A stretch of DNA of 64,000 bases from the NCBI GenBank assembly GCA_000004985.1, contig GG738880.1; one strand, 5' to 3'. This document shows, piece by piece, positions 1-12,353 of this stretch (position 1 is the stretch's first letter; every line of letters begins with the position of its first letter). Position numbers and translations under genes: made by a program. The notes under the pieces were generated by a model. It was given only the letters and a program-made list of their open reading frames with translations. It did no database searches and had not been told where the DNA came from. Source of the stretch: Naegleria gruberi. Lineage: Eukaryota.

Positions 1-3000
1 NNNNNNNNNNNNNNNNNNNNNNNNNNNNNNNNNNNNNNNNNNNNNNNNNNNNNNNNNNNNNNNNNNNNNNNNNNNNNNNNNNNNNNNNNNNNNNNNNNNN
101 NNNNNNNNNNNNNNNNNNNNNNNNNNNNNNNNNNNNNNNNNNNNNNNNNNNNNNNNNNNNNNNNNNNNNNNNNNNNNNNNNNNNNNNNNNNNNNNNNNNN
201 NNNNNNNNNNNNNNNNNNNNNNNNNNNNNNNNNNNNNNNNNNNNNNNNNNNNNNNNNNNNNNNNNNNNNNNNNNNNNNNNNNNNNNNNNNNNNNNNNNNN
301 NNNNNNNNNNNNNNNNNNNNNNNNNNNNNNNNNNNNNNNNNNNNNNNNNNNNNNNNNNNNNNNNNNNNNNNNNNNNNNNNNNNNNNNNNNNNNNNNNNNN
401 NNNNNNNNNNNNNNNNNNNNNNNNNNNNNNNNNNNNNNNNNNNNNNNNNNNNNNNNNNNNNNNNNNNNNNNNNNNNNNNNNNNNNNNNNNNNNNNNNNNN
501 NNNNNNNNNNNNNNNNNNNNNNNNNNNNNNNNNNNNNNNNNNNNNNNNNNNNNNNNNNNNNNNNNNNNNNNNNNNNNNNNNNNNNNNNNNNNNNNNNNNN
601 NNNNNNNNNNNNNNNNNNNNNNNNNNNNNNNNNNNNNNNNNNNNNNNNNNNNNNNNNNNNNNNNNNNNNNNNNNNNNNNNNNNNNNNNNNNNNNNNNNNN
701 NNNNNNNNNNNNNNNNNNNNNNNNNNNNNNNNNNNNNNNNNNNNNNNNNNNNNNNNNNNNNNNNNNNNNNNNNNNNNNNNNNNNNNNNNNNNNNNNNNNN
801 NNNNNNNNNNNNNNNNNNNNNNNNNNNNNNNNNNNNNNNNNNNNNNNNNNNNNNNNNNNNNNNNNNNNNNNNNNNNNNNNNNNNNNNNNNNNNNNNNNNN
901 NNNNNNNNNNNNNNNNNNNNNNNNNNNNNNNNNNNNNNNNNNNNNNNNNNNNNNNNNNNNNNNNNNNNNNNNNNNNNNNNNNNNNNNNNNNNNNNNNNNN
1001 NNNNNNNNNNNNNNNNNNNNNNNNNNNNNNNNNNNNNNNNNNNNNNNNNNNNNNNNNNNNNNNNNNNNNNNNNNNNNNNNNNNNNNNNNNNNNNNNNNNN
1101 NNNNNNNNNNNNNNNNNNNNNNNNNNNNNNNNNNNNNNNNNNNNNNNNNNNNNNNNNNNNNNNNNNNNNNNNNNNNNNNNNNNNNNNNNNNNNNNNNNNN
1201 NNNNNNNNNNNNNNNNNNNNNNNNNNNNNNNNNNNNNNNNNNNNNNNNNNNNNNNNNNNNNNNNNNNNNNNNNNNNNNNNNNNNNNNNNNNNNNNNNNNN
1301 NNNNNNNNNNNNNNNNNNNNNNNNNNNNNNNNNNNNNNNNNNNNNNNNNNNNNNNNNNNNNNNNNNNNNNNNNNNNNNNNNNNNNNNNNNNNNNNNNNNN
1401 NNNNNNNNNNNNNNNNNNNNNNNNNNNNNNNNNNNNNNNNNNNNNNNNNNNNNNNNNNNNNNNNNNNNNNNNNNNNNNNNNNNNNNNNNNNNNNNNNNNN
1501 NNNNNNNNNNNNNNNNNNNNNNNNNNNNNNNNNNNNNNNNNNNNNNNNNNNNNNNNNNNNNNNNNNNNNNNNNNNNNNNNNNNNNNNNNNNNNNNNNNNN
1601 NNNNNNNNNNNNNNNNNNNNNNNNNNNNNNNNNNNNNNNNNNNNNNNNNNNNNNNNNNNNNNNNNNNNNNNNNNNNNNNNNNNNNNNNNNNNNNNNNNNN
1701 NNNNNNNNNNNNNNNNNNNNNNNNNNNNNNNNNNNNNNNNNNNNNNNNNNNNNNNNNNNNNNNNNNNNNNNNNNNNNNNNNNNNNNNNNNNNNNNNNNNN
1801 NNNNNNNNNNNNNNNNNNNNNNNNNNNNNNNNNNNNNNNNNNNNNNNNNNNNNNNNNNNNNNNNNNNNNNNNNNNNNNNNNNNNNNNNNNNNNNNNNNNN
1901 NNNNNNNNNNNNNNNNNNNNNNNNNNNNNNNNNNNNNNNNNNNNNNNNNNNNNNNNNNNNNNNNNNNNNNNNNNNNNNNNNNNNNNNNNNNNNNNNNNNN
2001 NNNNNNNNNNNNNNNNNNNNNNNNNNNNNNNNNNNNNNNNNNNNNNNNNNNNNNNNNNNNNNNNNNNNNNNNNNNNNNNNNNNNNNNNNNNNNNNNNNNN
2101 NNNNNNNNNNNNNNNNNNNNNNNNNNNNNNNNNNNNNNNNNNNNNNNNNNNNNNNNNNNNNNNNNNNNNNNNNNNNNNNNNNNNNNNNNNNNNNNNNNNN
2201 NNNNNNNNNNNNNNNNNNNNNNNNNNNNNNNNNNNNNNNNNNNNNNNNNNNNNNNNNNNNNNNNNNNNNNNNNNNNNNNNNNNNNNNNNNNNNNNNNNNN
2301 NNNNNNNNNNNNNNNNNNNNNNNNNNNNNNNNNNNNNNNNNNNNNNNNNNNNNNNNNNNNNNNNNNNNNNNNNNNNNNNNNNNNNNNNNNNNNNNNNNNN
2401 NNNNNNNNNNNNNNNNNNNNNNNNNNNNNNNNNNNNNNNNNNNNNNNNNNNNNNNNNNNNNNNNNNNNNNNNNNNNNNNNNNNNNNNNNNNNNNNNNNNN
2501 NNNNNNNNNNNNNNNNNNNNNNNNNNNNNNNNNNNNNNNNNNNNNNNNNNNNNNNNNNNNNNNNNNNNNNNNNNNNNNNNNNNNNNNNNNNNNNNNNNNN
2601 NNNNNNNNNNNNNNNNNNNNNNNNNNNNNNNNNNNNNNNNNNNNNNNNNNNNNNNNNNNNNNNNNNNNNNNNNNNNNNNNNNNNNNNNNNNNNNNNNNNN
2701 NNNNNNNNNNNNNNNNNNNNNNNNNNNNNNNNNNNNNNNNNNNNNNNNNNNNNNNNNNNNNNNNNNNNNNNNNNNNNNNNNNNNNNNNNNNNNNNNNNNN
2801 NNNNNNNNNNNNNNNNNNNNNNNNNNNNNNNNNNNNNNNNNNNNNNNNNNNNNNNNNNNNNNNNNNNNNNNNNNNNNNNNNNNNNNNNNNNNNNNNNNNN
2901 NNNNNNNNNNNNNNNNNNNNNNNNNNNNNNNNNNNNNNNNNNNNNNNNNNNNNNNNNNNNNNNNNNNNNNNNNNNNNNNNNNNNNNNNNNNNNNNNNNNN

Positions 3001-6000
3001 NNNNNNNNNNNNNNNNNNNNNNNNNNNNNNNNNNNNNNNNNNNNNNNNNNNNNNNNNNNNNNNNNNNNNNNNNNNNNNNNNNNNNNNNNNNNNNNNNNNN
3101 NNNNNNNNNNNNNNNNNNNNNNNNNNNNNNNNNNNNNNNNNNNNNNNNNNNNNNNNNNNNNNNNNNNNNNNNNNNNNNNNNNNNNNNNNNNNNNNNNNNN
3201 NNNNNNNNNNNNNNNNNNNNNNNNNNNNNNNNNNNNNNNNNNNNNNNNNNNNNNNNNNNNNNNNNNNNNNNNNNNNNNNNNNNNNNNNNNNNNNNNNNNN
3301 NNNNNNNNNNNNNNNNNNNNNNNNNNNNNNNNNNNNNNNNNNNNNNNNNNNNNNNNNNNNNNNNNNNNNNNNNNNNNNNNNNNNNNNNNNNNNNNNNNNN
3401 NNNNNNNNNNNNNNNNNNNNNNNNNNNNNNNNNNNNNNNNNNNNNNNNNNNNNNNNNNNNNNNNNNNNNNNNNNNNNNNNNNNNNNNNNNNNNNNNNNNN
3501 NNNNNNNNNNNNNNNNNNNNNNNNNNNNNNNNNNNNNNNNNNNNNNNNNNNNNNNNNNNNNNNNNNNNNNNNNNNNNNNNNNNNNNNNNNNNNNNNNNNN
3601 NNNNNNNNNNNNNNNNNNNNNNNNNNNNNNNNNNNNNNNNNNNNNNNNNNNNNNNNNNNNNNNNNNNNNNNNNNNNNNNNNNNNNNNNNNNNNNNNNNNN
3701 NNNNNNNNNNNNNNNNNNNNNNNNNNNNNNNNNNNNNNNNNNNNNNNNNNNNNNNNNNNNNNNNNNNNNNNNNNNNNNNNNNNNNNNNNNNNNNNNNNNN
3801 NNNNNNNNNNNNNNNNNNNNNNNNNNNNNNNNNNNNNNNNNNNNNNNNNNNNNNNNNNNNNNNNNNNNNNNNNNNNNNNNNNNNNNNNNNNNNNNNNNNN
3901 NNNNNNNNNNNNNNNNNNNNNNNNNNNNNNNNNNNNNNNNNNNNNNNNNNNNNNNNNNNNNNNNNNNNNNNNNNNNNNNNNNNNNNNNNNNNNNNNNNNN
4001 NNNNNNNNNNNNNNNNNNNNNNNNNNNNNNNNNNNNNNNNNNNNNNNNNNNNNNNNNNNNNNNNNNNNNNNNNNNNNNNNNNNNNNNNNNNNNNNNNNNN
4101 NNNNNNNNNNNNNNNNNNNNNNNNNNNNNNNNNNNNNNNNNNNNNNNNNNNNNNNNNNNNNNNNNNNNNNNNNNNNNNNNNNNNNNNNNNNNNNNNNNNN
4201 NNNNNNNNNNNNNNNNNNNNNNNNNNNNNNNNNNNNNNNNNNNNNNNNNNNNNNNNNNNNNNNNNNNNNNNNNNNNNNNNNNNNNNNNNNNNNNNNNNNN
4301 NNNNNNNNNNNNNNNNNNNNNNNNNNNNNNNNNNNNNNNNNNNNNNNNNNNNNNNNNNNNNNNNNNNNNNNNNNNNNNNNNNNNNNNNNNNNNNNNNNNN
4401 NNNNNNNNNNNNNNNNNNNNNNNNNNNNNNNNNNNNNNNNNNNNNNNNNNNNNNNNNNNNNNNNNNNNNNNNNNNNNNNNNNNNNNNNNNNNNNNNNNNN
4501 NNNNNNNNNNNNNNNNNNNNNNNNNNNNNNNNNNNNNNNNNNNNNNNNNNNNNNNNNNNNNNNNNNNNNNNNNNNNNNNNNNNNNNNNNNNNNNNNNNNN
4601 NNNNNNNNNNNNNNNNNNNNNNNNNNNNNNNNNNNNNNNNNNNNNNNNNNNNNNNNNNNNNNNNNNNNNNNNNNNNNNNNNNNNNNNNNNNNNNNNNNNN
4701 NNNNNNNNNNNNNNNNNNNNNNNNNNNNNNNNNNNNNNNNNNNNNNNNNNNNNNNNNNNNNNNNNNNNNNNNNNNNNNNNNNNNNNNNNNNNNNNNNNNN
4801 NNNNNNNNNNNNNNNNNNNNNNNNNNNNNNNNNNNNNNNNNNNNNNNNNNNNNNNNNNNNNNNNNNNNNNNNNNNNNNNNNNNNNNNNNNNNNNNNNNNN
4901 NNNNNNNNNNNNNNNNNNNNNNNNNNNNNNNNNNNNNNNNNNNNNNNNNNNNNNNNNNNNNNNNNNNNNNNNNNNNNNNNNNNNNNNNNNNNNNNNNNNN
5001 NNNNNNNNNNNNNNNNNNNNNNNNNNNNNNNNNNNNNNNNNNNNNNNNNNNNNNNNNNNNNNNNNNNNNNNNNNNNNNNNNNNNNNNNNNNNNNNNNNNN
5101 NNNNNNNNNNNNNNNNNNNNNNNNNNNNNNNNNNNNNNNNNNNNNNNNNNNNNNNNNNNNNNNNNNNNNNNNNNNNNNNNNNNNNNNNNNNNNNNNNNNN
5201 NNNNNNNNNNNNNNNNNNNNNNNNNNNNNNNNNNNNNNNNNNNNNNNNNNNNNNNNNNNNNNNNNNNNNNNNNNNNNNNNNNNNNNNNNNNNNNNNNNNN
5301 NNNNNNNNNNNNNNNNNNNNNNNNNNNNNNNNNNNNNNNNNNNNNNNNNNNNNNNNNNNNNNNNNNNNNNNNNNNNNNNNNNNNNNNNNNNNNNNNNNNN
5401 NNNNNNNNNNNNNNNNNNNNNNNNNNNNNNNNNNNNNNNNNNNNNNNNNNNNNNNNNNNNNNNNNNNNNNNNNNNNNNNNNNNNNNNNNNNNNNNNNNNN
5501 NNNNNNNNNNNNNNNNNNNNNNNNNNNNNNNNNNNNNNNNNNNNNNNNNNNNNNNNNNNNNNNNNNNNNNNNNNNNNNNNNNNNNNNNNNNNNNNNNNNN
5601 NNNNNNNNNNNNNNNNNNNNNNNNNNNNNNNNNNNNNNNNNNNNNNNNNNNNNNNNNNNNNNNNNNNNNNNNNNNNNNNNNNNNNNNNNNNNNNNNNNNN
5701 NNNNNNNNNNNNNNNNNNNNNNNNNNNNNNNNNNNNNNNNNNNNNNNNNNNNNNNNNNNNNNNNNNNNNNNNNNNNNNNNNNNNNNNNNNNNNNNNNNNN
5801 NNNNNNNNNNNNNNNNNNNNNNNNNNNNNNNNNNNNNNNNNNNNNNNNNNNNNNNNNNNNNNNNNNNNNNNNNNNNNNNNNNNNNNNNNNNNNNNNNNNN
5901 NNNNNNNNNNNNNNNNNNNNNNNNNNNNNNNNNNNNNNNNNNNNNNNNNNNNNNNNNNNNNNNNNNNNNNNNNNNNNNNNNNNNNNNNNNNNNNNNNNNN

Positions 6001-9000
6001 NNNNNNNNNNNNNNNNNNNNNNNNNNNNNNNNNNNNNNNNNNNNNNNNNNNNNNNNNNNNNNNNNNNNNNNNNNNNNNNNNNNNNNNNNNNNNNNNNNNN
6101 NNNNNNNNNNNNNNNNNNNNNNNNNNNNNNNNNNNNNNNNNNNNNNNNNNNNNNNNNNNNNNNNNNNNNNNNNNNNNNNNNNNNNNNNNNNNNNNNNNNN
6201 NNNNNNNNNNNNNNNNNNNNNNNNNNNNNNNNNNNNNNNNNNNNNNNNNNNNNNNNNNNNNNNNNNNNNNNNNNNNNNNNNNNNNNNNNNNNNNNNNNNN
6301 NNNNNNNNNNNNNNNNNNNNNNNNNNNNNNNNNNNNNNNNNNNNNNNNNNNNNNNNNNNNNNNNNNNNNNNNNNNNNNNNNNNNNNNNNNNNNNNNNNNN
6401 NNNNNNNNNNNNNNNNNNNNNNNNNNNNNNNNNNNNNNNNNNNNNNNNNNNNNNNNNNNNNNNNNNNNNNNNNNNNNNNNNNNNNNNNNNNNNNNNNNNN
6501 NNNNNNNNNNNNNNNNNNNNNNNNNNNNNNNNNNNNNNNNNNNNNNNNNNNNNNNNNNNNNNNNNNNNNNNNNNNNNNNNNNNNNNNNNNNNNNNNNNNN
6601 NNNNNNNNNNNNNNNNNNNNNNNNNNNNNNNNNNNNNNNNNNNNNNNNNNNNNNNNNNNNNNNNNNNNNNNNNNNNNNNNNNNNNNNNNNNNNNNNNNNN
6701 NNNNNNNNNNNNNNNNNNNNNNNNNNNNNNNNNNNNNNNNNNNNNNNNNNNNNNNNNNNNNNNNNNNNNNNNNNNNNNNNNNNNNNNNNNNNNNNNNNNN
6801 NNNNNNNNNNNNNNNNNNNNNNNNNNNNNNNNNNNNNNNNNNNNNNNNNNNNNNNNNNNNNNNNNNNNNNNNNNNNNNNNNNNNNNNNNNNNNNNNNNNN
6901 NNNNNNNNNNNNNNNNNNNNNNNNNNNNNNNNNNNNNNNNNNNNNNNNNNNNNNNNNNNNNNNNNNNNNNNNNNNNNNNNNNNNNNNNNNNNNNNNNNNN
7001 NNNNNNNNNNNNNNNNNNNNNNNNNNNNNNNNNNNNNNNNNNNNNNNNNNNNNNNNNNNNNNNNNNNNNNNNNNNNNNNNNNNNNNNNNNNNNNNNNNNN
7101 NNNNNNNNNNNNNNNNNNNNNNNNNNNNNNNNNNNNNNNNNNNNNNNNNNNNNNNNNNNNNNNNNNNNNNNNNNNNNNNNNNNNNNNNNNNNNNNNNNNN
7201 NNNNNNNNNNNNNNNNNNNNNNNNNNNNNNNNNNNNNNNNNNNNNNNNNNNNNNNNNNNNNNNNNNNNNNNNNNNNNNNNNNNNNNNNNNNNNNNNNNNN
7301 NNNNNNNNNNNNNNNNNNNNNNNNNNNNNNNNNNNNNNNNNNNNNNNNNNNNNNNNNNNNNNNNNNNNNNNNNNNNNNNNNNNNNNNNNNNNNNNNNNNN
7401 NNNNNNNNNNNNNNNNNNNNNNNNNNNNNNNNNNNNNNNNNNNNNNNNNNNNNNNNNNNNNNNNNNNNNNNNNNNNNNNNNNNNNNNNNNNNNNNNNNNN
7501 NNNNNNNNNNNNNNNNNNNNNNNNNNNNNNNNNNNNNNNNNNNNNNNNNNNNNNNNNNNNNNNNNNNNNNNNNNNNNNNNNNNNNNNNNNNNNNNNNNNN
7601 NNNNNNNNNNNNNNNNNNNNNNNNNNNNNNNNNNNNNNNNNNNNNNNNNNNNNNNNNNNNNNNNNNNNNNNNNNNNNNNNNNNNNNNNNNNNNNNNNNNN
7701 NNNNNNNNNNNNNNNNNNNNNNNNNNNNNNNNNNNNNNNNNNNNNNNNNNNNNNNNNNNNNNNNNNNNNNNNNNNNNNNNNNNNNNNNNNNNNNNNNNNN
7801 NNNNNNNNNNNNNNNNNNNNNNNNNNNNNNNNNNNNNNNNNNNNNNNNNNNNNNNNNNNNNNNNNNNNNNNNNNNNNNNNNNNNNNNNNNNNNNNNNNNN
7901 NNNNNNNNNNNNNNNNNNNNNNNNNNNNNNNNNNNNNNNNNNNNNNNNNNNNNNNNNNNNNNNNNNNNNNNNNNNNNNNNNNNNNNNNNNNNNNNNNNNN
8001 NNNNNNNNNNNNNNNNNNNNNNNNNNNNNNNNNNNNNNNNNNNNNNNNNNNNNNNNNNNNNNNNNNNNNNNNNNNNNNNNNNNNNNNNNNNNNNNNNNNN
8101 NNNNNNNNNNNNNNNNNNNNNNNNNNNNNNNNNNNNNNNNNNNNNNNNNNNNNNNNNNNNNNNNNNNNNNNNNNNNNNNNNNNNNNNNNNNNNNNNNNNN
8201 NNNNNNNNNNNNNNNNNNNNNNNNNNNNNNNNNNNNNNNNNNNNNNNNNNNNNNNNNNNNNNNNNNNNNNNNNNNNNNNNNNNNNNNNNNNNNNNNNNNN
8301 NNNNNNNNNNNNNNNNNNNNNNNNNNNNNNNNNNNNNNNNNNNNNNNNNNNNNNNNNNNNNNNNNNNNNNNNNNNNNNNNNNNNNNNNNNNNNNNNNNNN
8401 NNNNNNNNNNNNNNNNNNNNNNNNNNNNNNNNNNNNNNNNNNNNNNNNNNNNNNNNNNNNNNNNNNNNNNNNNNNNNNNNNNNNNNNNNNNNNNNNNNNN
8501 NNNNNNNNNNNNNNNNNNNNNNNNNNNNNNNNNNNNNNNNNNNNNNNNNNNNNNNNNNNNNNNNNNNNNNNNNNNNNNNNNNNNNNNNNNNNNNNNNNNN
8601 NNNNNNNNNNNNNNNNNNNNNNNNNNNNNNNNNNNNNNNNNNNNNNNNNNNNNNNNNNNNNNNNNNNNNNNNNNNNNNNNNNNNNNNNNNNNNNNNNNNN
8701 NNNNNNNNNNNNNNNNNNNNNNNNNNNNNNNNNNNNNNNNNNNNNNNNNNNNNNNNNNNNNNNNNNNNNNNNNNNNNNNNNNNNNNNNNNNNNNNNNNNN
8801 NNNNNNNNNNNNNNNNNNNNNNNNNNNNNNNNNNNNNNNNNNNNNNNNNNNNNNNNNNNNNNNNNNNNNNNNNNNNNNNNNNNNNNNNNNNNNNNNNNNN
8901 NNNNNNNNNNNNNNNNNNNNNNNNNNNNNNNNNNNNNNNNNNNNNNNNNNNNNNNNNNNNNNNNNNNNNNNNNNNNNNNNNNNNNNNNNNNNNNNNNNNN

Positions 9001-12000
9001 NNNNNNNNNNNNNNNNNNNNNNNNNNNNNNNNNNNNNNNNNNNNNNNNNNNNNNNNNNNNNNNNNNNNNNNNNNNNNNNNNNNNNNNNNNNNNNNNNNNN
9101 NNNNNNNNNNNNNNNNNNNNNNNNNNNNNNNNNNNNNNNNNNNNNNNNNNNNNNNNNNNNNNNNNNNNNNNNNNNNNNNNNNNNNNNNNNNNNNNNNNNN
9201 NNNNNNNNNNNNNNNNNNNNNNNNNNNNNNNNNNNNNNNNNNNNNNNNNNNNNNNNNNNNNNNNNNNNNNNNNNNNNNNNNNNNNNNNNNNNNNNNNNNN
9301 NNNNNNNNNNNNNNNNNNNNNNNNNNNNNNNNNNNNNNNNNNNNNNNNNNNNNNNNNNNNNNNNNNNNNNNNNNNNNNNNNNNNNNNNNNNNNNNNNNNN
9401 NNNNNNNNNNNNNNNNNNNNNNNNNNNNNNNNNNNNNNNNNNNNNNNNNNNNNNNNNNNNNNNNNNNNNNNNNNNNNNNNNNNNNNNNNNNNNNNNNNNN
9501 NNNNNNNNNNNNNNNNNNNNNNNNNNNNNNNNNNNNNNNNNNNNNNNNNNNNNNNNNNNNNNNNNNNNNNNNNNNNNNNNNNNNNNNNNNNNNNNNNNNN
9601 NNNNNNNNNNNNNNNNNNNNNNNNNNNNNNNNNNNNNNNNNNNNNNNNNNNNNNNNNNNNNNNNNNNNNNNNNNNNNNNNNNNNNNNNNNNNNNNNNNNN
9701 NNNNNNNNNNNNNNNNNNNNNNNNNNNNNNNNNNNNNNNNNNNNNNNNNNNNNNNNNNNNNNNNNNNNNNNNNNNNNNNNNNNNNNNNNNNNNNNNNNNN
9801 NNNNNNNNNNNNNNNNNNNNNNNNNNNNNNNNNNNNNNNNNNNNNNNNNNNNNNNNNNNNNNNNNNNNNNNNNNNNNNNNNNNNNNNNNNNNNNNNNNNN
9901 NNNNNNNNNNNNNNNNNNNNNNNNNNNNNNNNNNNNNNNNNNNNNNNNNNNNNNNNNNNNNNNNNNNNNNNNNNNNNNNNNNNNNNNNNNNNNNNNNNNN
10001 NNNNNNNNNNNNNNNNNNNNNNNNNNNNNNNNNNNNNNNNNNNNNNNNNNNNNNNNNNNNNNNNNNNNNNNNNNNNNNNNNNNNNNNNNNNNNNNNNNNN
10101 NNNNNNNNNNNNNNNNNNNNNNNNNNNNNNNNNNNNNNNNNNNNNNNNNNNNNNNNNNNNNNNNNNNNNNNNNNNNNNNNNNNNNNNNNNNNNNNNNNNN
10201 NNNNNNNNNNNNNNNNNNNNNNNNNNNNNNNNNNNNNNNNNNNNNNNNNNNNNNNNNNNNNNNNNNNNNNNNNNNNNNNNNNNNNNNNNNNNNNNNNNNN
10301 NNNNNNNNNNNNNNNNNNNNNNNNNNNNNNNNNNNNNNNNNNNNNNNNNNNNNNNNNNNNNNNNNNNNNNNNNNNNNNNNNNNNNNNNNNNNNNNNNNNN
10401 NNNNNNNNNNNNNNNNNNNNNNNNNNNNNNNNNNNNNNNNNNNNNNNNNNNNNNNNNNNNNNNNNNNNNNNNNNNNNNNNNNNNNNNNNNNNNNNNNNNN
10501 NNNNNNNNNNNNNNNNNNNNNNNNNNNNNNNNNNNNNNNNNNNNNNNNNNNNNNNNNNNNNNNNNNNNNNNNNNNNNNNNNNNNNNNNNNNNNNNNNNNN
10601 NNNNNNNNNNNNNNNNNNNNNNNNNNNNNNNNNNNNNNNNNNNNNNNNNNNNNNNNNNNNNNNNNNNNNNNNNNNNNNNNNNNNNNNNNNNNNNNNNNNN
10701 NNNNNNNNNNNNNNNNNNNNNNNNNNNNNNNNNNNNNNNNNNNNNNNNNNNNNNNNNNNNNNNNNNNNNNNNNNNNNNNNNNNNNNNNNNNNNNNNNNNN
10801 NNNNNNNNNNNNNNNNNNNNNNNNNNNNNNNNNNNNNNNNNNNNNNNNNNNNNNNNNNNNNNNNNNNNNNNNNNNNNNNNNNNNNNNNNNNNNNNNNNNN
10901 NNNNNNNNNNNNNNNNNNNNNNNNNNNNNNNNNNNNNNNNNNNNNNNNNNNNNNNNNNNNNNNNNNNNNNNNNNNNNNNNNNNNNNNNNNNNNNNNNNNN
11001 NNNNNNNNNNNNNNNNNNNNNNNNNNNNNNNNNNNNNNNNNNNNNNNNNNNNNNNNNNNNNNNNNNNNNNNNNNNNNNNNNNNNNNNNNNNNNNNNNNNN
11101 NNNNNNNNNNNNNNNNNNNNNNNNNNNNNNNNNNNNNNNNNNNNNNNNNNNNNNNNNNNNNNNNNNNNNNNNNNNNNNNNNNNNNNNNNNNNNNNNNNNN
11201 NNNNNNNNNNNNNNNNNNNNNNNNNNNNNNNNNNNNNNNNNNNNNNNNNNNNNNNNNNNNNNNNNNNNNNNNNNNNNNNNNNNNNNNNNNNNNNNNNNNN
11301 NNNNNNNNNNNNNNNNNNNNNNNNNNNNNNNNNNNNNNNNNNNNNNNNNNNNNNNNNNNNNNNNNNNNNNNNNNNNNNNNNNNNNNNNNNNNNNNNNNNN
11401 NNNNNNNNNNNNNNNNNNNNNNNNNNNNNNNNNNNNNNNNNNNNNNNNNNNNNNNNNNNNNNNNNNNNNNNNNNNNNNNNNNNNNNNNNNNNNNNNNNNN
11501 NNNNNNNNNNNNNNNNNNNNNNNNNNNNNNNNNNNNNNNNNNNNNNNNNNNNNNNNNNNNNNNNNNNNNNNNNNNNNNNNNNNNNNNNNNNNNNNNNNNN
11601 NNNNNNNNNNNNNNNNNNNNNNNNNNNNNNNNNNNNNNNNNNNNNNNNNNNNNNNNNNNNNNNNNNNNNNNNNNNNNNNNNNNNNNNNNNNNNNNNNNNN
11701 NNNNNNNNNNNNNNNNNNNNNNNNNNNNNNNNNNNNNNNNNNNNNNNNNNNNNNNNNNNNNNNNNNNNNNNNNNNNNNNNNNNNNNNNNNNNNNNNNNNN
11801 NNNNNNNNNNNNNNNNNNNNNNNNNNNNNNNNNNNNNNNNNNNNNNNNNNNNNNNNNNNNNNNNNNNNNNNNNNNNNNNNNNNNNNNNNNNNNNNNNNNN
11901 NNNNNNNNNNNNNNNNNNNNNNNNNNNNNNNNNNNNNNNNNNNNNNNNNNNNNNNNNNNNNNNNNNNNNNNNNNNNNNNNNNNNNNNNNNNNNNNNNNNN

Positions 12001-12353
12001 NNNNNNNNNNNNNNNNNNNNNNNNNNNNNNNNNNNNNNNNNNNNNNNNNNNNNNNNNNNNNNNNNNNNNNNNNNNNNNNNNNNNNNNNNNNNNNNNNNNN
12101 NNNNNNNNNNNNNNNNNNNNNNNNNNNNNNNNNNNNNNNNNNNNNNNNNNNNNNNNNNNNNNNNNNNNNNNNNNNNNNNNNNNNNNNNNNNNNNNNNNNN
12201 NNNNNNNNNNNNNNNNNNNNNNNNNNNNNNNNNNNNNNNNNNNNNNNNNNNNNNNNNNNNNNNNNNNNNNNNNNNNNNNNNNNNNNNNNNNNNNNNNNNN
12301 NNNNNNNNNNNNNNNNNNNNNNNNNNNNNNNNNNNNNNNNNNNNNNNNNNNNN
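1..12353. other. Assembly gap (run of N); sequence unknown
   Basis: Bases 1-12353 are all 'n'. The first real base is at 12354 and lies inside a coding exon, so the adjacent gene is truncated by the gap. Confidence 0.99.
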
